Shown: positions 54,501 to 64,000 of the stretch, one piece after another | Numbering within the stretch: the first letter of the stretch is position 1 | Layout: the number at the start of each line of letters is the position of its first letter | Origin: Geosiphon pyriformis uo1 | Taxonomy: Eukaryota; Fungi; Glomeromycota | Direction of reading: 5' to 3' | Length of the DNA stretch: 64,000 nt | Assembly: GCA_016748015.1 (NCBI GenBank) | Contig: JAAOMT010000516.1 | Location: 79,068-143,067, forward strand | The notes under the pieces: model-generated | The model's input: only the letters and a program-made list of their open reading frames with translations | Database searches by the model: none | What the model was told of the DNA's origin: nothing | Position numbers and translations under genes: made by a program

Positions 54501-57500
54501 GTTCAGTAAGTTTTAGTATTCAAAAAACAGATAGTCTTCAAAAAATTTTAAATTAGAAGTTCTAATTGCTAAGATTATTAAAAAATTAAGCTTAAATAAT
54601 ATGTTTGGGTTTGATTATTTTGTTAAAAAATAGTTATTATTGAATAGTAAAGAAGCTTTTAAGATTATAAATATGATTTAAAATAATAAGAAGTTGGTAA
54701 ATATTTTTAAGCATTTGTCTATAATCCAGAAAAAGTACAGAAAGTTCAAGCTTTATAAGTCTAAAATAACTGAAAAAGCATTTATTAAGAAGATAATTAA
54801 AAAACACATGAAAAAATTTTGTTCTAATAAAAGAAATATAATAAGTAGTATTTTAAATTAGCCATTTTACAAAGTGGTTCTAAATCACTTAGTAATAGAT
54901 AATAAGTTAATTTTAGAACCAAAAGAAATAAAACTTAGTATTAATAAGATTATAAAAGATTGAACAAAAAAGCAGTTTTTGTTTATAATAATGTTTGATC
55001 TCTAAACTTATTAATATGCTTTATTAGATTATGTAAGTAATAATGTTTTTTCTAAAGTAATAAAAAAAATTTGTATAGAAAAATTAATTGTGGTTATTAA
55101 TAGACTGTTTGATTATAAAGCTATTGAATTGTCTTATATCTTTAATGAACTTTGAAAACATAATAGTAATATTATAGTAAGATGTTTTTTAAAACTACTA
55201 AACACATATTTATTCTTTAGTAATATTCTTATTTATGAAAAAAAGCATGAGTTTTAATAATTTCCAAGCCTTATAATTAGAATAAAGGTTTAAAAAATAC
55301 TTAATCTATTATATTAATTGAAATAACCAGAAAGATTCTCTTTAATATTTTTTTTAACCAGATTTTATCTGTATATAGTAAGTTTAGTATTCTTTAAAAT
55401 GACAATTTTTTGGTATTAAAAAGTACTTTAATTTAGTTTTCTGTGTTTGCTATTGGGTTTGTGGTTAAGAATATATTAAAAAAAATAGAGAATTGTAATT
55501 GGTCTTGCAAATATATATAAAGCATATAACTTAATTAAATAATATTACTTAAAAACTAGCTTATAATAAATCAAGATATATAATTGGTTTATAAAATTTT
55601 TTAGCAATATATATAAAGATAGGATTAATAGAATAATAATTAATTTTTGCCTTTTGAATAATTATAGAGTACATAATGAGTTAGATTAGGGTGAAGTTTT
55701 CTCACTTTTTTTTTGGAAAATATTTTACAATCTATTTTTGTATAAATTTAAAAGATATAAACATTTGTGTAAATACTAGACTAATACTAAGTTTATGATT
55801 AAAATGAACAAGATAGAGAATAGTAATAGAATGTTTTTCTTTTTTACTGCTGGTGCATTTGTAGATAACAAAATTTGAATTAAGAATAATCAGACTTCTA
55901 TGCAATATGCTTTGAATATTATTAGTAAATTTTTTATAATCAACAATATTTTAATTAACAATAAAAAAATGGTGGCTATTTCTATCAATCAGAGTATTAA
56001 AGTTGTTTTTTTTAAAAATCAGTGGTTTGCTAATTTCAATTGTCAAGAGAAATAAAATACACAAATACTTAAAAATGTTTTTGTTAACTAAGAGATTGTT
56101 TAAGCCAAATCTAGTTAAAGCTTATTTTAATGTTTGATTTTTTGTAAATATGGTGCTTAGGAAAGCTATTACTAATAAACAATTCTCATATCTAGTATTA
56201 ACTGTTTTACAGCCTATTGTTAACTATAGATTTCAGTTTAGTTTTGTCTTGTCAATTGTGTGCTATAAGTAGAATATTATAATCAAAAGAAGTCTCAAAT
56301 TTAAAGCCAACTTGTCATGTAACTTTTTTAGTAAAGCACTGTAATATTCTTTTCTCTATAGTTTGAAGCTATTTAAACAAATACAAGCTAAGAGTAAATT
56401 GGTATTCATAGTAAATTTTTTTAATGCTCCAGATATTTTTGGGCAGTTATTTAATTATAAACTTTTGAATTTGTAAGTATTAGATTGAATTCTTTTAAAT
56501 CTCTTATAATGCTCTGTAAAATTGTATATTAGTCTGATTAATAATTTTTTAACTGAATTGATAAGAATTTTTTTAGTTAATAGTTTGTTTTTAGTAAATA
56601 ATTTGCCCAGTGTGTTTTATAATTTAGGTAAAATTTTGATGTTTGACATTTTGGAAAAGTCTTTGTACTATAATTCAGTTTGTTTTTTAAAAAGATTTAA
56701 AGTGACATTTGATAACAGACTTTTGAACAAAAAGAGCAATGTGATAGATTAAAAAATATTTTGTTGTTGGAAAAAATTAAATCCTAAGAGCTCTGTATTA
56801 TCTTGGTTTAAATTGGCATAATAGTTTTTTTATAATAATAAATTACTGGTGGTTGGTTTTATTTAAACTAGCATATTATATGGCTTAAGTATTCTAAAAT
56901 CTGACAAATTTTTTGATGTACATAATTGTTTGCATAAAATTTGGTTTAATATTCTCAAAGTATACACAAATAATTCTTTAAAAAACATGAATTCTGCTAA
57001 GATTGTCAATAGGGCTGCCATGTATTTTTTGGCTGTAGATATGAATATTAATATTAGAATAAGTGGTTTTTTGTAATCAACTTTGGCTGAATTACAGACT
57101 GTTGTATTATTTTTGAAATATGTTTATTTGTTTTGTGTTATGGTTTTATATTTAGACAACCAAACAGCTATTAATACTTATGTTGCTAAGAAAAGCTTTG
57201 TGATGCCAGACTTTTACAATCACTATTGAATAAAGCAGAAACATATTACAAATTTGATAAGAGATAAAAATTTTTTAATCAGATGAGTAAAAGTCAAAAG
57301 TTATTCAAAAATCTTAGACAATATAAAAACAGATTAGATAGCTAGTAAAACTGCTGGTTCTTTTTTGTTTTGTTATACATAGTATATAAACATTATATTA
57401 TGGTTAATAATACAGCCATTTCTGACAATGCCCAATACTTTATTTGTAATATGTATTAATCTATTTATTATGCTTAATGAAAAGCTGGTTTTGGTTATAA

Positions 57501-58350
57501 GATAGTGCTAAACACTTTAATTAAGAACATAAACTAGCTGTTTACTGTAAAAATATGATATTTTGATCTTTATATTAAATTTACTAACAAAATTTCTGTC
57601 AATCTGCATACATATTTAATAAAGATCTTACATAGATATTTTTTAGTAGCAGTTATAAAAAAATTGTATAATAAGAAGTATTTAAATATATTATGTTTAT
57701 TGTATAGTAAAATAAAGCTTTTAGATTATATTTTTATCTGTACTAAAGATATTAAAACTTATAAAGAAATACTGTTAAAGCTTTTTGGTTTTTAAAAATT
57801 ATTAACTGGTGCTTGCATCTTTTTTTCTTTTTTTGTATTAAATATTTTGTTTAAGTGCTTATTGGATATGTATATGCCATAATTTGTAAAAGTTTTATGT
57901 TAAAAAACTGGTGTACTAAGACATTGGCAGTTTTTGAGACCAAGAAAAAAGCTCTAATAACAATTATTATATTTGTAAATTGGCTGGTAAAAAAACATTA
58001 ATCTTTAGTTTGGTTTAAAAAGTTTAAATTCAAGGCCAAAATAGAAAAGACTGGTTTGGCAAAAAATAATAATGTAATATCTAATTTGGCTAATAACTTA
58101 ATAATTAAGTTGTAAATAGTATAGTTTAGCTTCTTGATATTATTGAATCTATTATAGTTAGTTTTGGTAAACATAAACTATGCTTTTTTTTTTGGTTTAA
58201 ATAATAGTATAAAAGTTTTTATAAATATATAGTATTGTTTTGTTTGGCCTAAATAACTGGTTATATGTGGTAAATACATAAGTTGTATTTAGTTTAAGTT
58301 ACTTAATTTGATTTTTTATACTAGATAGTAATTGGATTTTACTTATTAAA
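51585..58350 (+). mobile_element. Full-length but heavily mutated non-LTR retrotransposon: ORF1 with CCHC-like knuckle; ORF2 with AP endonuclease, RT, RNase H and a C-terminal Cys/His motif
   Basis: Decayed motifs in the expected order. ORF1 knuckle relic CKKYGHFKY..EY at about 52890. APE: N-terminus at about 53590, VVLNKDFN (GDFN) at 54013, INYIFVS, DTDY (SDH-type) at 54241. RT: LIEITRKIL 55313, KAYN at about 55520, LD*GEVFS 55681, AFVDN 55855-55869. RNase H: VYTNNSL 56960, LAELQ 57083, LDNQTA 57152, *VKVKSYS..DN..TD 57284. LCLLY..DYIFIC at about 57690. Confidence 0.9.
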
Positions 58351-59109
58351 TATATTAATAAAAAAAAATTTGTTATATTTATTTTATAATTTACAGTTTT
58401 AGTTAAAAAGAAAAAATGTTTTAATTTAATTAAATTTTTTGTTTTAAATATTAATTTTATTGTAATTATTAAAAAAAACTTAAATAAAAAACTCAAATAT
58501 ATTAGAAAAAATTTTTATTAAATAAATAGTTTTGGGTAGACTTTTATTTTTTCAAAATTTTAAGACATAATTTTATTAATATTTATTTTTAAATCGAATT
58601 TAAATCAGACTAAAAATTTGGCAATTAGTAAAAAAAGTTTTAGCAAATATTAATTTCAAAAAAATTAATATTAAGTCAGATTAAAAAATTATTGTTAAAA
58701 AAATTCTAATAAATTTTTCTAAATTAATAGTAAAATTAACATTATTTAAAGTTAATAAATAAATAATATTAAAATATAGTTAATTAATTTTTGGCAAAAA
58801 ACACTAATTAAGTTTAAAAATATTAAAGTTATTAACTTAACAGCTTTCAAATAATTAATTTTTATAAAAAAAAACATTATATGTATTGTCAAAACTAATA
58901 CCAATAAATAAATATAGAACTTTAAAAACCATTATTATTTTTTTTTATACATTTTTTAATAGACACTATTATTTGTAATTTGTTAAATTTTTTGTTTTTA
59001 TATAATAAAAAACTTATATTATTGTTTATAACTTGGTTATATATACACAAACAATATTGTTATATAAATTAAATTAAATTAAATACAAAATCAAACTAAA
59101 CTATTTATG

Positions 59110-60070
59110 TCTAAATAGCTTTTTCTTTTATGTCTTAAAATTTTTTTAAAGAATTAATTTTAATAAAAAAGTTTTTTTGTTTCTGTTTATTATACACTAT
59201 TTAATTTAATACTTCAAAATTTTTCTTCTTTAAATACAAAGCTATTGGTTTTAGCAATAGTTTAACTATAAAGAATACCAAAAAAAAATCAAATACTAAT
59301 TTGGTGACTTCAAATTTGTTTACAAAAAAAACACAAAAGTAGTATTTTAAAAAAATCTGTTATAGTAATTAGTACTAATATATTTTAAAATACTTTTACA
59401 ACTAGTAAAATTGCTGACTTTGAAGCTAAAAATACTATTAAATTAGAAAGTATCAATTTAAATAAAAAGTTTTTTGTAGAGAAAACAAGTGTTTAGCTTG
59501 AAAGTAATAAAAAATCAAAGCTTAAAAATGTTAAATAACACCTAAAAAACTTAAAAAATTGTTATAAAACATGTATTTAGAAAGCTTTTTAGTTAGATTA
59601 ACTTTAAGATTAAAAGTAATAATAAAAATAATATCTTGAACAGGCTTTTTTTTTCATCTTTTTTTTAAAATTTTTAGTTAATTTTGGTTTATAAATTTTT
59701 TGTTTTAGATATTAATTTTTCTGCAATAATTAAAAATTTATCTCAAAATAAATTAAAGATTATTAAGAATTTTTTCTCTAGTATTAATAGTTTTAAGATA
59801 AAAACTTTTATTTTTTTAAAATTTGGTAAAATAATTTAAATGTTTTTTACTTCTAAAATAACATTAATAGCAGCTGTTAGTTTGATAAATAATTACAGTT
59901 TTATGGTAAATATTAATCTTAAAAAACTGGTAAATAATTGCATAAATTCATCTATAATTATAAAAAAAATTTTTATAAAAACATTAATAAAGACTATATA
60001 AACTGCTTTAATTAATTTTAAAATAATTAAGTTGATTAAGATATAATTAGTAATACTGTGACAAAAAACA
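59110..60070 (+). mobile_element. Related LINE 5' end (UTR plus ORF1 part), truncated and AT-decayed
   Basis: Leader ttttcttttatgtcttaaaatttttttaaagaattaattttaataaaaaagtttttttgt matches the leaders at 2085(-) and 51586(+). ttagatattaatttttctgca at 59705 matches tttgatattaatttttctgca at 52168. Confidence 0.7.
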
Positions 60071-60199
60071 ATCATAAAATTTAATAATTATTTATTGAAA
60101 AAATACAGTTTACATAATTAAAACTAATATTAATAAGCATTTATAAAATGCCAAAATATATATAAAATTTTATTATATATTCTTTTAATAAGCACAACT

Positions 60200-61510
60200 A
60201 ATAATTTATTATAGAAATTATTAAAAGCAGCTTTTAAATCTTTTTGGTTTCCCAAATAGAATTTAATTTTTTTGTTGACATAGAAATTGAAAACTGATTC
60301 TGCTGGTCAATAGTTATTTGTAATATTAAAATAAAGATTTTATAAATTCTAAATGATTTTTTTTTATGATTTCTTAATTTGTTATTTTTCTAGATAATTA
60401 ATGTTAGTACTGGTTTTTTGTTAAATTATATCTCATAGGAAGCACCAAATATTATAAGTAATTATTTAAGATGTTAAAACAAATAACAAATCTATAATTT
60501 GGTACTTAATAGCTGGGAATGTTAGTAATTTTTAAAGGTTTTGAAGTTTAAAAGTTTTGGTTGAATTTTTTGTATAATAGACAGAGATTCAAGTAATAGT
60601 TTTTTCTGTGAATTTTTTTCTTCAATATAGTAACTGGTTTATTCTAACAGTTATGCTCTTTTGATAAGCTATTCTTAAATTTTATCCTTGTTTTCAGGTT
60701 TTTTATTAGGCTATTCTTGACATTAATTACTCAGTATTTAATCTTTTTAATTAATTAGTAAACAATAAAGAAATAAAATAAAATAAAAATAATAAAAATA
60801 AAATAAAAAATAAAAAAAATAAAAAATTAGTATTCTATTAATAGTTATGATCAAAAGTTATTGTTTTAATATAATAAAGTAATGAATTTTATCAATATAG
60901 AGTGTTAATAATATGAAAGTGAGTTATATTTTTAATAAGTAATAATAACATAAATTATATAATAATTAGATATTTTATTAATTAATATGTATTTACTTTA
61001 AGTTATAAAAAACTATTCTTTGAAAGAAAAGTATTGGAATTCTGAACTTTGTTAAATTTTTAATACTTTTCTGCTTTTAATATTCTCACTATATATATAT
61101 AATTTGTGTTATATAAAATTTCTGAGAATTTTGCAATTCTTTAAGAAGAATTCTGAAATTCTAAAATTCTGTAATTCTTTAAAAAAAATTCTGAAATTCT
61201 GAAATAATACAATTCTTTGAGGAAAATTCTGGATTTTTTATTTTATTATGCCTATTTTTAATTGGCTATTTTACTTATTATTATAATTTCTAATTTTATG
61301 AGTAATACCAATTTTTAATTTTGTTGAGTATAAGTAATTTTTGGCTTTTGGTTTCTAATAGTTAGTTAAATTAGAATTTAAGACAGCACTTGAATTTGTT
61401 GAGATTAATAAATTATTGGTGCTGAGACTTAATATATTAAAAATATATATATTGGCTGTATTATTTAAAAATATTAAGACTGATACTAATATTGTTCTGA
61501 TAACAAATTA
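60200..61510 (-). mobile_element. Decayed probable LTR-retrotransposon 5'/gag-region fragments
   Basis: Stop-ridden but coding-like minus-strand segments (KPENKDKI..; AESVFNFYVNKKI..) on the same strand as, and close to, the gypsy integrase. The assignment rests on adjacency and recalled similarity only. Confidence 0.35.
61035..61235 (+). repeat. Degenerate tandem repeat built from AATTCT(G/T)
   Basis: About 37-bp unit aattctttragraraattctgraattct repeated roughly three times. Confidence 0.7.
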
Positions 61511-62139
61511 TTGATATAGTTTTCTTATTTCTAACTTAATAAAGCTTTTTATTTTATTTCTTTTATATTCTTATATTCACTATTAAATAAAATACTGTTA
61601 TAAGTTAAAGTAATAAGTTAATATATAGCAAAAAAGAACAGAATTATAGAGTAATAGAATTAATCAAAGAGAATTCAATTTCAAGAAATGAATTAAATCA
61701 GTATAAATTTAATATGTAAGATCAATCTCATAAAATATCTTAGTTATTAATCTTTTAAAAAAATAATTAAGAAATTTGAATATAAAAAAATAGTCTGTAT
61801 TGTTAATAAATAATAACATACTAATATAATTTTATGCCTTATATTAGTATTTTTAAAATTCAATATTAAATATTAGATAAACTTTTCAGTTATATTTTAT
61901 TCAATAATTTTTAAATACTATAATTATACAAATTAGAAAAAAGTAAATAAATGTCAACAAATAATTTTTTATTTCAAGATATTTAGATATCTAAAGATAA
62001 AAAATAGAAAAAGAGAAACAAATAATAAAAAAAGATTAAGTTAATAAATATTGTTTTATTTTTTTATTTCTTATATATATTTTTTTATATATTTCTATAA
62101 TTTAAAAACTCATCACTTATATAATTATTAAAAATAATT

Positions 62140-62292
62140 AACAACCAAGTTATTAATTAGATTAATAATTAAATCACTAATTAAGTTACTATTAAGTTAA
62201 TAATTAGATCAATAATTAAGTTAATAATCAAATTAATAATCAGATTATTGATTAGGTTAATAATTAGATCAACAGTTAAGTTATTAATTATT
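62140..62292 (+). repeat. Degenerate 12-bp tandem repeat (TTAATAATTAGA-like)
   Basis: ttaataattaga / tcaataattaag / ttattgattagg units. Confidence 0.7.
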
Positions 62293-63049
62293 ATCTAAAA
62301 ATAAGATGGCTAATTATATAATATTAATGACTAATACATATGATAATTAATAAAAATTATAAGTTTTAACTATAATATTATCTTTTTCAAAAAAATTGAA
62401 CATTAGTAAAATTAAGTTATTTATAAAATATTCTAATTAAAAAGTTTTGTTTAACTTAAAACTAATTAGTCTGTAAATAAAATATATAGTATCTAAAATA
62501 AAATAAGCTTTATATTTAAGAAATTAAATTTTTGTATAAAAGTTTTGGTTTTTTTTGCAATAGTCAAAACTCTTAAAATATCTAATTATATAATATCCAA
62601 AATTTTTACTTGTATTTTTGAAGTTGTTTTCTTCAATAGTTTTATGTTTTCTATAACTTTACCAAATTAACTATAAAGTTTTAGTTGTTTTCTATATAAC
62701 AAGTATTTGTCTATAAACAAAATTTTTTTAATTGTTTTTCTAAGTATATTAAAAAGTAATAATATGTTTGCTGTTATGTTTTTAAGTATATACTTATCTA
62801 TTTAACTATTAATTTTTTCTCTTTTGGTAGTGGTTTTTTTTGGTTTAATAATAATAGTATGTATCTTACTATTATTAATTATAGTAGTCTGTTTTTTAAT
62901 AGTCAAAGTAATATTTAAATAATTTTTAGTTTAATACTTATAGAAAATATAAAAAGTATTTTGAATGTTTTGATCCAAAAAATAATTGTTTTATATTAAT
63001 TAAAAATATCTCTGTTTTAGAAATAGTACAATTATTTATATTTAATTTT

Positions 63050-63960
63050 TGTTGATTATTTGGACTAGTATTATCACAACAAATAACCAATTAGATTATT
63101 TGTAATATTTTTTGAGTTACATATTATAAACAGAGTAATAATTAAAGATTGTTCCATATTAATCTTATAAAAGATATAAAAACTATTGTTTAAAACTTTG
63201 TTAATTATAAAGAATTCTTTTTACTGATGAAAAAATTTTTCATTATAAACATTGTTTCTGTTTAATTGGTATTTTAAAACCAAGTTATTAATACTTAAAA
63301 AAAGTGTTTTATAAGTTTTTTTTTTAAGCTTCTTTTAAACTGTTTTATTTTTTCAAAAACAATTATTTGTGTTTTTATCAATAAGTCAAAAATAATACCA
63401 AGTTTTCTTTGCAAAATATCTTTATAATTCTTATTGTAATTTCTTTAAAAAGTATAGTTTTAATGTTTGTTTTTATTAATAGAGTTGTTATTTATTTATA
63501 AAGCAAATAAAAAGATTTATAACTTATTATGTTATAATTTACAGTTTTATAAGCAAACAAAGTTAAAAGTAGTACTTTGTCTTATAAGTTTGTTTTTTTA
63601 TTGGTTTTGGCTAAAATTTTACATAATGTTCTATTAAAACATTCTATTAAGTCATTTGTTTGAGAGTAATAAAAGGAAGAAAGTTTATAATATATTCCTA
63701 TTTTTTTACAAAATTCTTTAACCAATATACTAAAAAAAACTTTTTCTCTATCAAATAAAAATTTTTTTAAACAGCCATAATAACAAATAATATTTTTATA
63801 TATAAAATTGGCTATGAAAACTGTTGTTTAATTTGGAATAGCTTTTGTTTTTATTTACTTTATAAAATAGTTAATAGCTATAATAATATATTTATTGCTA
63901 TTAAGAATTATTAGTTCAACAATATCTATATTAATTTTGTTAAATAGTTAACCAACAAAA
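63050..63960 (-). mobile_element. Decayed Ty3/gypsy integrase (rve core C-half plus GPY/F module)
   Basis: 63672-63500 translates as YYSQTNDLIECFNRTLCKILAK..*DKVL..LFAYKT..ISYKSF (consensus YHPQTNGLVERFNRTL..WD..LFAYRT..TGY.PF). About 63220 gives KEFFIINKVLNNS (consensus W.GPF.I.EV..NG). Confidence 0.85.
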
Positions 63961-64000
63961 ATTGAATGAATTTTTTTGCAATTGGGGGGTTTTTTTTTTT

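Noticed and set aside
51501-60075. Many short K/N/I/F-rich ORFs; possible alternative genetic code or organellar DNA
   Set aside because: They are fragments or antisense frames of the mutated LINEs. All three stop types occur at decayed Trp/Gln codons along with frameshifts, and nearby genes use the standard code with GT-AG introns.
61035-62292. Short repeats as a possible CRISPR-like array
   Set aside because: Degenerate tandem repeats without unique spacers, in eukaryotic TE context, with no cas genes.
63980-64000. Terminal G7-T11 run
   Set aside because: Not a telomere repeat; window edge or low-quality sequence.

Overview
Very AT-rich eukaryotic genomic DNA with spliceosomal introns. 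Gene content (BTB-BACK-TLDc gene, TKL kinase relic, expanded class-3 lipase-like genes, RNase H-bearing LINEs) points to a Glomeromycotina fungus, most plausibly Geosiphon pyriformis. That assignment is my inference and was not searched. Three zones. (1) 1-24 kb: a frameshifted BTB-TLDc gene and four intact, 4-exon, apparently secreted Lipase_3-fold genes. All four have Gly at the catalytic-Ser position of the nucleophile elbow (GHGVGG, GHGEGG, GHGIGG, GSGKAG), so they look like a conserved family of pseudo-lipases. This is the best candidate for an undescribed system. (2) 26-45 kb: one intronless bZIP gene in about 16 kb of microsatellite-rich non-coding DNA. (3) 45.5-64 kb: dead transposons (an intron-containing pogo element, a full-length LINE with APE-RT-RNaseH, further LINE 5' ends, a Ty3/gypsy integrase). 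These are riddled with C>T/G>A changes, including non-CpG sites, which resembles RIP. A short 5' fragment of the same LINE family at 1.6-2.1 kb has largely escaped this. No rRNA, tRNA or CRISPR features were recognised.
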